32,000 nt of DNA from a virus. A program made the translations under genes and the position numbers. The notes beneath the pieces were generated by a model. The model saw only the letters and a program-made list of their open reading frames with translations, made no database searches and was not told the origin of the DNA. The stretch is from the IMG/VR virus record IMGVR_UViG_3300015608_001846, positions 30,001 to 62,000 of that record; one strand, written 5' to 3'. Below, one piece after another: positions 24,675 through 31,655 of the stretch; the first letter of the stretch is position 1; each line of letters begins with the position of its first letter.

Positions 24675-25317
24675 CGTTTCTCGTGAAGACAGCGGTGTTT
24701 TTCCTGTAGAAGGAGGCCAGCTTCTTGATCTTTTGAAACGATGACGTCAATGCTTCGTCGTACAAGTAGCCCCTTCCAGTTAGGATCGGCACAACTTCAT
24801 CTTTGCCGCGGCAGTTGTAATGATGACGTCCCCACTGGCCTGGTTCCGCACACGACAGGATCAACGTCTTGGGTTTGAAGGCCAGCAGGTTGTCGATGAA
24901 GGTGGACTCGAACTCCTCAGGGATGTGCTCGTAGACCTCGAGCGACACGACCAGGTCGTATGAACTTTTCGTGTCGAGTTCCGACAGCGGCTTCGTCAGA
25001 TCGTGGCACAAGTAACACTCTGGCGGGATCGCGAGCATCGCCTCCGCGCCAGTCGAAAAATCGATCCCGAGGACCTTCTTTTTCTCGACGAGGGGCACCA
25101 AAAAGTCGCCGCAACCGCAGCCTACATCGACGATCGAATCAAACTGCAGGTTCTGCTCGAGCCACTCAGCGTAGTGCGCGATGCCCTTGTCGTAATACTT
25201 CCGGTGCTTCTCGTAGAAGCCAACATCATACGTTTCCGATTCTTTCTGTGGGTCCCAACCCTTGTAGCGCTTGGACTTGGCAACCTTCTTGACGAGCTTT
25301 TGCGTGTCTTCAGACAT
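24661..25317 (-). CDS. class I SAM-dependent methyltransferase
   Basis: 218 aa. Motif I IVDVGCGCGDF, motif II VLGIDFS, and DLVVSLEVYEHI. No DNA-methyltransferase DPPY or PCQ motif seen. Confidence 0.75.
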   Translation of the reverse strand: MSEDTQKLVKKVAKSKRYKGWDPQKESETYDVGFYEKHRKYYDKGIAHYAEWLEQNLQFDSIVDVGCGCGDFLVPLVEKKKVLGIDFSTGAEAMLAIPPECYLCHDLTKPLSELDTKSSYDLVVSLEVYEHIPEEFESTFIDNLLAFKPKTLILSCAEPGQWGRHHYNCRGKDEVVPILTGRGYLYDEALTSSFQKIKKLASFYRKNTAVFTRNDVTT

Positions 25318-25403
25318 GGTCTGATACTACAACGTATCAACGCGCTAGTTCACAACTGCAGCGCTCTTAGGGCTTCATCGACAACCTGTTAGCTGGGCAG
25401 CCA

Positions 25404-26504
25404 TCACGTTATCTCCTTCACGCGCCACATCGTGGTCGAGAACCCGTAGTCGTTGCGGTCGACCTCGCCCAACACCAGCGCATATGCCGGGAATTCCCGG
25501 ATGCCGTCCCAACCCCACGCATTCATCCGGTACGTCCGACCCTCGGGTCCCTGCACCGTCAACAGGAGGTACTGCTTGCCGTTCTTTGTCTTCTTTGGTT
25601 TGGCCTCCATGATGACAAACCAGTAGATGTCGCGCTTGTCCCAGTCATCGACTGAACGAACGCCCTTCTCTAGGAGGCGATCGATGAGCTCAGGTTCGAC
25701 CATCGTCAACACGTCGAAGCTACCGAAAGCCTCGATCTTGTGCTCAGCAAGCTCCCGGCGCGTCCACTCTTCTTCAAACTCTTCAGCCAACGCACGAGCC
25801 AGCGCATAGAAGTTCTTGCGACCCTCGTGCGGGTCCTTCTTTGATGTCCGTTTGATGAGGGTCGCATGGTCACGGATGCGCTCGACGATCTCGTCGGAAC
25901 CCTTGCGCCTGGGTACCTCCTCGGTATAGGAACCCATCAACGTCTCATGCATGTGCCTGTACGACTTGAAGACCTTGTCAGGACCGACGCACCCTAGAGA
26001 GTCAAAGGCACGGATCTTGATGAGCACCTCGAGCGCCTTGCGGTTGAACTTCGACGGGCGCCAGCTGCCGTCCTCGTTCCACAGCACGTCCTCGATCGAG
26101 GCGTACGGGCGACTGGAGACGATCTCTTCGGCGGCTGTCTGTCCGATTCCCTTGCACGACAGCAGGCTGGGCATCAACCGCTTGCCGGGCAGCACTGTCC
26201 ACCCCAGTCCGGCCTCGTTGATGTCGATGGGTACGATGGTGTAACCTAGCTGCTTCACCTCGCTGAAGGCCTTCGCTTTCTTGTCGGGCGAGTTTGACAT
26301 AGATTCGATGTAGGCTGTGATCCACTGTTCCTCGTGGTACGTCATCAACCAGGCACACCAGAACGAATCGATTGCGTACGCCACTGCGTGGCTGTTCGAC
26401 GTCAACATGCCGTTGGCAAGGTAGAACTGGTGATCTGGATGCTCGACCTCGAGGTCGAACGTCTGGTGTTTACCTACCGGAGTGATTGACTTGATGTTTG
26501 TCAT
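25404..26504 (-). CDS. dnaE: split-intein C-half (b) fused to DNA polymerase III alpha C-terminal piece (fragment 4)
   Basis: 366 aa. It begins MTNIKSITPVGKHQTFDLEVEHPDHQFYLANGMLTSN, then SHAVAYAIDSFWCAWLMTYH (DnaE block KSHaaAYa...lk.hyP). Helix-hairpin-helix-like and OB-fold-like regions follow (KRDIYWFVIMEAKPKKTKNGKQYLLLTVQGPEG). ATGA overlap with the upstream ORF. Confidence 0.85.
   Translation of the reverse strand: MTNIKSITPVGKHQTFDLEVEHPDHQFYLANGMLTSNSHAVAYAIDSFWCAWLMTYHEEQWITAYIESMSNSPDKKAKAFSEVKQLGYTIVPIDINEAGLGWTVLPGKRLMPSLLSCKGIGQTAAEEIVSSRPYASIEDVLWNEDGSWRPSKFNRKALEVLIKIRAFDSLGCVGPDKVFKSYRHMHETLMGSYTEEVPRRKGSDEIVERIRDHATLIKRTSKKDPHEGRKNFYALARALAEEFEEEWTRRELAEHKIEAFGSFDVLTMVEPELIDRLLEKGVRSVDDWDKRDIYWFVIMEAKPKKTKNGKQYLLLTVQGPEGRTYRMNAWGWDGIREFPAYALVLGEVDRNDYGFSTTMWRVKEIT
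26394..26504 (-). mobile_element. split intein b, C-terminal half (37 aa)
   Basis: Blocks F/G: TFDLEVEHPDHQFYLANGMLTSN, followed by +1 Ser. The size and pattern resemble known IntC fragments. The penultimate residue is Ser rather than His. Confidence 0.75.
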
Positions 26505-26770
26505 TTCTTGACGTCTCTGACCAATGCCTCTAGCCTCTTGGATGCCCTGCGTCGTTGGGCCTTGTCACACTGTTCGTCACAGTAATCATCGGAGGGCTCG
26601 AGTTCAACAGCCACAGGAGGGCACCGCAACCTCATCGCGTGCTGCAGAAGCTCGATGGGCGACAGGCCCATCCTGGCAGAGATGTCATTCAGCGCTTCTT
26701 CAAACGAAGGTCGCTGCATAGGCCTCTCCGATTCGATGGACGCCCGGCTTTGGATCGCGCAGGTGTTCAA
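26501..26770 (-). CDS. small hypothetical protein inside intein-b gap
   Basis: 89 aa from the track start; ATG 26719 gives 72 aa (MQRPSFEEALNDISARMGLSPIELLQHAM...). Its stop overlaps the ATG of the IntC-b ORF. Confidence 0.45.
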   Translation of the reverse strand: MNTCAIQSRASIESERPMQRPSFEEALNDISARMGLSPIELLQHAMRLRCPPVAVELEPSDDYCDEQCDKAQRRRASKRLEALVRDVKK

Positions 26771-27737
26771 AGAGCTGTTTCAGGCACTCATCACTGAACT
26801 TGCCACCGTCCTTGTACGAAAACTGGTCGTAGGAGATGCGAATCAACGTCATTTCCTGCTTGACGACAGCTTCATCAAGTTCACGGTCGCGGACCCTCGC
26901 GTTATTTAGCGTTTCATCACCTTTGATGGGTTGGAAGTGGTACTTGCCATCGAACTCAATGATGATGTTCGTGTCCCAATTCGCCAAATCAACCTGCTTT
27001 CGTCGTGATTTAGACGTGATGCACACATCATGCAAGCGTTGATTCTGCTTAAACCCGGCATCGATGCTCATGACAACGTTTGCCAACACAAGCTCGGGCT
27101 TGCTGTGCCACGTTGAGTGCATCGCCTTCACGCACTTTTCATAGAAGACGTCAAAGTTTTCTGTTCGCCAACGCGCGAGGCGTTCAGCGCGGGCAGCCAT
27201 GATTTCCGGCCGTGCCGATGTTCTTTTTGCCGTGTTTCTTGACAGCTGACGTGCTGCTTCAGTCTTGTTATTTGCTGTCATCTGAGCAGATCGACGCGCG
27301 CGTTCTTTTGGATTTGCAAGGATTGCCGCGCTGACCGCTGCTCCCATCTTGGCTTTGTACTCTGTCAGATCATCGCCACGTTCTTTGGCGCGCCTGAGCC
27401 AGGCAAAATTCTGACCACGATTCTTGAATCGAACGCTTGACGTGTCGGACGTCAATTTTGCATCAGGGAATTGCATGACGTAAGTTTCTTTGCTAACGCC
27501 ATGCGTTTGTGTCAGGTGCTTACTGAGCGTCTTTGCTTTCAATCCACACAACCTACAGGTGACACGATCGTCACCTTCTTGCGAGACGCACCCTTCGATG
27601 TGTTTCTGGCACGACGTTTTGTACTTGAAGTTGCGGCCGCATCGTTCACAACGATGCTTAGGTTCCGTTTTTGTATCAACCACAGGGGCAACATCTCCCC
27701 CGTTTCCCTTGTTCGGAACTTGTGATCCCACGTGCAC
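26700..27737 (-). CDS. zinc-finger + Vsr-like nuclease, candidate homing endonuclease (intein b gap)
   Basis: Up to 345 aa. No ATG precedes the first finger; candidate starts are GTG 27737, 27731 or 27683. C2H2-like fingers: CERCGRNFKYKTSCQKHIEGC and CRLCGLKAKTLSKHLTQTH. The C-terminal VDLANWDTNIIIEFDGKYHF...RVRDRELDEAVVKQEMTLIRISY parallels E. coli Vsr PDIVFP..AIFVHGCFWHGH...RDRRD...GWRVLIVWE. Confidence 0.65.
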   Translation of the reverse strand: MHVGSQVPNKGNGGDVAPVVDTKTEPKHRCERCGRNFKYKTSCQKHIEGCVSQEGDDRVTCRLCGLKAKTLSKHLTQTHGVSKETYVMQFPDAKLTSDTSSVRFKNRGQNFAWLRRAKERGDDLTEYKAKMGAAVSAAILANPKERARRSAQMTANNKTEAARQLSRNTAKRTSARPEIMAARAERLARWRTENFDVFYEKCVKAMHSTWHSKPELVLANVVMSIDAGFKQNQRLHDVCITSKSRRKQVDLANWDTNIIIEFDGKYHFQPIKGDETLNNARVRDRELDEAVVKQEMTLIRISYDQFSYKDGGKFSDECLKQLFEHLRDPKPGVHRIGEAYAATFV

Positions 27738-27943
27738 TTTACTTTTTCTCCGGTGTTCAGCTCAACCTCAACCAGATCAAGAACACCATGATCGTGTTTC
27801 GATTTGACAGTGACGATTACGTTTTCACCTGTCTTTTCATCGCGCGTCATGACAAGATCGCCAGCTTCAACGTGCTGAAGCTGTTTGGTTGTGATGACTC
27901 TACCATCCAAATTATAAATATTCACTAGTTCTGAAAAGTGACA
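27539..27943 (-). mobile_element. split intein b, N-terminal half
   Basis: It starts at Cys codon 27941..27943: CHFSELVNIYNLDGRVITTKQL (block A) and TWDHKF (block B, TxxH). About 100 aa look intein-like. A ~30-aa basic tail then runs on to the stop while overlapping the endonuclease ORF in another frame. Confidence 0.75.
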
Positions 27944-28315
27944 GGACTTATTGAACCCATACCCAGCGAAGTAGAGTATCTTGTCGTACAGGTTGTTCGC
28001 GACTGCCTCGGTGTAACCGTTCTTGACGCACCCCTTGACGAAGCCATCACGGGTCTCCTGAGCTGCCTTCTTGGCAGCCTCACCGCCTGAGATGCTGCGC
28101 TTCATGATGGCGCGACGCACTTCGTCGCACTTGTCCTTCGGAAAGCCGGCGACCTTTTCAGCGAGTTCCATCACTTGCTCCTGAAATATTATACAGTTAT
28201 GCACGAGAAGGCCATTTGCGAAGAAGTTGTGGTTCTTCTTGATCTGGATGTCGTACACAAGCTGTGCAGGCGCGCGTTTGATTGCGCGAATCTTGACAGG
28301 AACTACGTCAGGCAT
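27539..28315 (-). CDS. dnaE: split-intein C-half (a) + DNA polymerase III alpha fragment 3 + split-intein N-half (b)
   Basis: 258 aa from ATG 28315 (ATGCCTGA overlap with the upstream stop; alternative ATG 28342, track start TTG 28345). It begins MPDVVPVKIRAIKRAPAQLVYDIQIKKNHNFFANGLLVHN. Then comes CIIFQEQVMELAEKVAGF..VRRAIMK..FAGYGFNKS (DnaE blocks YQEQVM, RRAMGKK, FAgYGFNKS). Then CHFSELVNIYNLDGRV...KCTWDHKF. Confidence 0.85.
   Translation of the reverse strand: MPDVVPVKIRAIKRAPAQLVYDIQIKKNHNFFANGLLVHNCIIFQEQVMELAEKVAGFPKDKCDEVRRAIMKRSISGGEAAKKAAQETRDGFVKGCVKNGYTEAVANNLYDKILYFAGYGFNKSCHFSELVNIYNLDGRVITTKQLQHVEAGDLVMTRDEKTGENVIVTVKSKHDHGVLDLVEVELNTGEKVKCTWDHKFRTRETGEMLPLWLIQKRNLSIVVNDAAATSSTKRRARNTSKGASRKKVTIVSPVGCVD
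28196..28315 (-). mobile_element. split intein a, C-terminal half (40 aa)
   Basis: LVYDIQIKKNHNFFANGLLVHN followed by +1 Cys (codon 28193..28195). Blocks F/G are canonical. Confidence 0.8.
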
Positions 28316-28790
28316 CGTCCACCTCGACAATATCGAACTCATCAAAACAACACACTTCTTGATCGAGCTTGCCGTCTTTCAACCCTTCGAAAAGACCTGA
28401 ACCAGTGCTACGATTGTAGAACATCGCATCATTGTCACGATAGTCGTCAATGAGTTTCACCTCAGTCCCAGCATCGAACCATTCATCGGGACGAGAAATG
28501 TATTTGACACGCTTAATTGGCTGGAGAGTTGCAGATGAAAAGAAGCCTTCAGCCCCATCACGCATCATCTTGACGTGAACAATTCTCTCGTTAAGATGAT
28601 CTGTTTGCAGGCGTTCACCCTCGTCAACTAGCCTGATCACATTGGGACATGCAGTCGTCTTCTCTATCCATAGTGGGTCAAGAGGCGACGGATGGTGTGG
28701 ACACGCACGCCAGTCGTGTTGACGTTGACGCTCGAGCAGGCAAAACACACCTGTCAAGTGCGTGTAACAAACAACGTAATCCCTCATCAT
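28308..28790 (-). CDS. hypothetical protein inside intein-a gap
   Basis: 160 aa. ATGA overlap with the upstream ORF, and its stop overlaps the IntC-a start. No family recognised. Confidence 0.55.
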   Translation of the reverse strand: MMRDYVVCYTHLTGVFCLLERQRQHDWRACPHHPSPLDPLWIEKTTACPNVIRLVDEGERLQTDHLNERIVHVKMMRDGAEGFFSSATLQPIKRVKYISRPDEWFDAGTEVKLIDDYRDNDAMFYNRSTGSGLFEGLKDGKLDQEVCCFDEFDIVEVDDA

Positions 28791-29215
28791 TCACACTCCT
28801 GTTCGCGATGCATTAAGCACGCAGCACATATATCGCGGCCAGGTATTGACGTCCAAAATTGCTCGCGGCAATCAACACACGTTTGAGGCTGGCTCATAAG
28901 CAACTTCGTTGCTACACTGTGTGATGACATAGAACGAGACAACGCATCAGCGTCCAACACAACGCGACACGGGTTGATCTTTGTAGCTAGTGAAGATGCG
29001 CACAGTTGACACACGGGTCCGTGAACGTCAAGCACACGTTGCCCGTGATATTCAAGTTCCATTTCGTTTCCCACTTCCTCGTAAGCCCTGAACGTATCGA
29101 ACCAATCGGCGTACGTAAGGTCATCACGCTTTCCCACTTCAACATGTGACTTCATCGTGTTGATGAAGTTTTGAAATGACGTAAGCAATTCCTTCTCAAA
29201 GTCCTCGATTTTCAT
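28787..29215 (-). CDS. Cys-rich hypothetical protein inside intein-a gap
   Basis: 142 aa. Cys pairs CQLC..C and CVDC...CAAC suggest a zinc ribbon. No family recognised. Confidence 0.55.
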   Translation of the reverse strand: MKIEDFEKELLTSFQNFINTMKSHVEVGKRDDLTYADWFDTFRAYEEVGNEMELEYHGQRVLDVHGPVCQLCASSLATKINPCRVVLDADALSRSMSSHSVATKLLMSQPQTCVDCREQFWTSIPGRDICAACLMHREQECE

Positions 29216-29217
29216 GT

Positions 29218-29958
29218 CTAAATTGTCCTCAATTTGTGTGGGTAGTACAAGGCCTCAGAAGCCCACACTCGCCTGACAATGTAACCTAACATTTCTGCTG
29301 TTCTAGTATATGACTCGTCTAGACGATACTGTCGCTTCATCTTTGGCATCAATTCATGTTTGGTTGAGTTACCATGCCAATAGTCGCCATCAAACTCTAC
29401 GAGAATGTTCTCATTTGGAACGTAAAAATCAAACTCATGATTGATGCCATCAACGCGATGCTTGTGAACGACGTTGTCACCATGTATCTCAATCATCTTT
29501 GTTTTGAATGAAAGTTCAGCTTCAGAATTTCTCTTCCTCGGTTTTTGAGTTTCAAGTCCCGCGCTTGTCTTTCGAGAATGTTCTTCAAAGAACCCTGGCG
29601 TGTGTGATCTCATGTGCCAGGTCAACCCTCGTTGTCGCTTACAAATCTTTCCGCACACTTCACAAACAACAGATTTCTGCTCTTCTGTCGCTGAACAGTA
29701 TGATCGATGCGAACGCAGCGACGTGTTAGATGTGAAAACCTTGCCACACGCATCGCACGGAAATTCCCCTTCTTTCCTGACGTTCTCACGGAGTTTAGCA
29801 ACGTTGAGTTTAGCAACGTGTTCGTCTGTGAACTTTCGACCTTTGTACGTTTGACGACGCCACTCCGACAGGCACCTGATGCTACACGCAACTGAACGAT
29901 CATTTCTTGTTGAGTACGTCTTTCCGCACGTTTGACACTGCTTCTCCAGCTTGCTCAT
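29218..29958 (-). CDS. zinc-finger + Vsr-like nuclease, candidate homing endonuclease (intein a gap)
   Basis: 246 aa from ATG 29958 (track start GTG 30048). Fingers: CQTCGK..C..C, CDACGKVFTSNTSLRSHRSYC and CEVCGKICKRQRGLTWHMRSH. The C-terminal HEFDFYVPNENILVEFDGDYWHGN...RLDESYTRTAEMLGYIVRRVWASE parallels Vsr PDIVFP..IFVHGCFWHGH...RDRRD..L...GWRVLIVWE. Confidence 0.7.
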   Translation of the reverse strand: MSKLEKQCQTCGKTYSTRNDRSVACSIRCLSEWRRQTYKGRKFTDEHVAKLNVAKLRENVRKEGEFPCDACGKVFTSNTSLRSHRSYCSATEEQKSVVCEVCGKICKRQRGLTWHMRSHTPGFFEEHSRKTSAGLETQKPRKRNSEAELSFKTKMIEIHGDNVVHKHRVDGINHEFDFYVPNENILVEFDGDYWHGNSTKHELMPKMKRQYRLDESYTRTAEMLGYIVRRVWASEALYYPHKLRTI

Positions 29959-30280
29959 CTTCCAGCGCTGCTCCTGAAAGATAAGTATAGTCTTTGATCG
30001 ACACAATTTCGTCATCAAGCGTAAGTTGTCCAGCCTCAATCCAGCCACGTTGAGTCATGACGAGGTGATCAGAGGTGAGTTTAATGACACCAATGTCAGT
30101 GTCAAGCTCAATCACGTCTTTCATGCCATTGCATACTGCGGCGACAATTACATCCTGTTCGAGCTCACCAGTCTCTTCATTATACGAAGGAAGCGTGACA
30201 CCGATCATCTGATCGTCAACGATCTCTTTGATCGTGATTTCGCCTTCATCGGTCATGACCTTTGCATCGCCAGTCAAGCA
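29900..30280 (-). mobile_element. split intein a, N-terminal half
   Basis: It starts at Cys codon 30278..30280: CLTGDAKVMTDEG (block A) and LTSDHLV (block B). It is 126 aa to the stop. The last ~20 aa overlap the endonuclease ORF start at 29958. Confidence 0.8.
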
Positions 30281-30637
30281 CGAGTACGTCTTCTTCAGGA
30301 TCTCGTTGATTCGTGGGTCACCCCACTCCAGCTCCTTGCCAGCCCTTGCTTCCAAGTAAAGCTTGTCAACGTTTGCCGCGAGAGGTCCAGGTCGGTAGAT
30401 CGACGTCAGCGTCGCTATGTCAATGATGCTCTTCGGTTTGGCCTTGACGAACAGCCTTTGCGCACCTGAAGAGGTGAGCTGGAAGATGCCTGCCCACTTG
30501 GCCTTTTCATACACCTCATACGGAGATCGGTCGTTGAAGTCGATGACATCGGGAGACATGTGCCGCTCGTACCAGTCCTTGATGTCGGCGAACGTGGGTT
30601 TGCACTTCGAAATGTCAGTGACCTTGGTCGGTTTCAT
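29900..30637 (-). CDS. dnaE: DNA polymerase III alpha fragment 2 + split-intein N-half (a)
   Basis: 245 aa. ATG 30637 has its own AGGAG 3 nt upstream. VIDFNDRSPYEVYEKAKWAGIFQLTSSGAQRL and IATLTSIYRPGPL..ILKKTYS match DnaE blocks (ip.dD..t...l....t.GvFQlES.G, aLyRPGP, eTYG). Then CLTGDAKVMTDEGEITIKEI...IKLTSDHLV. Confidence 0.85.
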   Translation of the reverse strand: MKPTKVTDISKCKPTFADIKDWYERHMSPDVIDFNDRSPYEVYEKAKWAGIFQLTSSGAQRLFVKAKPKSIIDIATLTSIYRPGPLAANVDKLYLEARAGKELEWGDPRINEILKKTYSCLTGDAKVMTDEGEITIKEIVDDQMIGVTLPSYNEETGELEQDVIVAAVCNGMKDVIELDTDIGVIKLTSDHLVMTQRGWIEAGQLTLDDEIVSIKDYTYLSGAALEDEQAGEAVSNVRKDVLNKK

Positions 30638-31655
30638 GGACTCCTACGCTGGACTGTCGATCGGTCCCGTCTGGGTTTGACGATTCATCGATGGGTGCTA
30701 GCCCAGCGGGAGCGTACCGCCAGCGACACCCATCGTACACTCGACTGGCACGGATGATGTTTAGCATCGTCGACTTGCTGATCCCGAGGTGCCTCTGGGC
30801 CGCCGACGCTGAGACGAACACCGCGACGATCGATCCTTCGTCATTGATCTGGTGCACGCACTTCGAGCGGGCCGCCGACAGCAGCGCCTTCGTCTCACCA
30901 GAGAGCCTGCGACCCTTCAACGATCGTGAGATGATCGATCTTGTTTCATCTGAGTGGCCCGGGCGCTCCCGTATGGTCGAGCGCGCCCACGACCGACGAC
31001 CGTCCCCTGGAACCGTTGAGCTCGGGCGACGGCCCGACAGGATCGCAGACATGTGAGCGCGGCTGACGCCCGCTGCGCGAGCAGCATCGGACACGGAATC
31101 GTGCACGGCGACGACATTGCCGTCGAGGTCAAACTCGATGACCTGGGTGCAATTGATTCGACGGTGGTTCTGCTGGCGTTTGGCCCTGACGAGGCCCAAG
31201 CGCTCGATGCGATGGCCTGCGATCTCTTGCGCCTTCCGGCCCGAGCTCGTCGACAGCCTACCGACGATCTCAGCGGCCACGCCGAGGTACTGGGCTGCCG
31301 CTGCCGTCGACTCGAACGTCAATCGATCTCCGGCCGGCGTCCACAGCGCGATGGGCACCCGATTGATCCCCGACAGACCGGCGCCCCCTGTCGTCATGTT
31401 GCTTGCGATGTCTGACGCCAGCGGATCAGCGACGAACGTGTGAAGTTCACTGACCAGCCTCCTCTCCTCGGAAAATGCAAGTTCTTCACTGTCGGTCGAT
31501 ACCACGATGCGCCTGTCCAGGCCCAACGCTGCTGAAATTGCAGCGTGCTTCCTGTTACGTCTGACGTTCAGAACGCGTGACGGGCTTCCTTTGCCCACGT
31601 AGTATGCACGCGGCTGCTCTTCCTTCGTGTAGTCGACATATACGCAGAATTTCAT
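30615..31655 (-). CDS. GIY-YIG homing endonuclease inserted between dnaE fragments 1 and 2
   Basis: 346 aa. ATG 31655 lies in an ATGA overlap with the fragment-1 stop. GIY-YIG core CVYVDYTKEEQPRAYYVGKGS, RRNRKH, EERRLVSE. DNA-binding modules follow: IEFDLDGNVVAVHDSVSDAARAAGVSRAHMSAIL, HSDETRSIISRSLKGRRLSGETKALLSAA (NUMOD3-like) and INDEGSIVAVFVSASAAQRHLGISKSTMLNII. Confidence 0.85.
   Translation of the reverse strand: MKFCVYVDYTKEEQPRAYYVGKGSPSRVLNVRRNRKHAAISAALGLDRRIVVSTDSEELAFSEERRLVSELHTFVADPLASDIASNMTTGGAGLSGINRVPIALWTPAGDRLTFESTAAAAQYLGVAAEIVGRLSTSSGRKAQEIAGHRIERLGLVRAKRQQNHRRINCTQVIEFDLDGNVVAVHDSVSDAARAAGVSRAHMSAILSGRRPSSTVPGDGRRSWARSTIRERPGHSDETRSIISRSLKGRRLSGETKALLSAARSKCVHQINDEGSIVAVFVSASAAQRHLGISKSTMLNIIRASRVYDGCRWRYAPAGLAPIDESSNPDGTDRQSSVGVHETDQGH

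Noticed and set aside
24661-25317. The SAM methyltransferase as a DNA methyltransferase, an anti-restriction methylase.
   Set aside because: Only generic class I motifs are present. I see no DPPY/NPPY or PCQ/ENV catalytic motif and no target-recognition domain. The substrate is left open.
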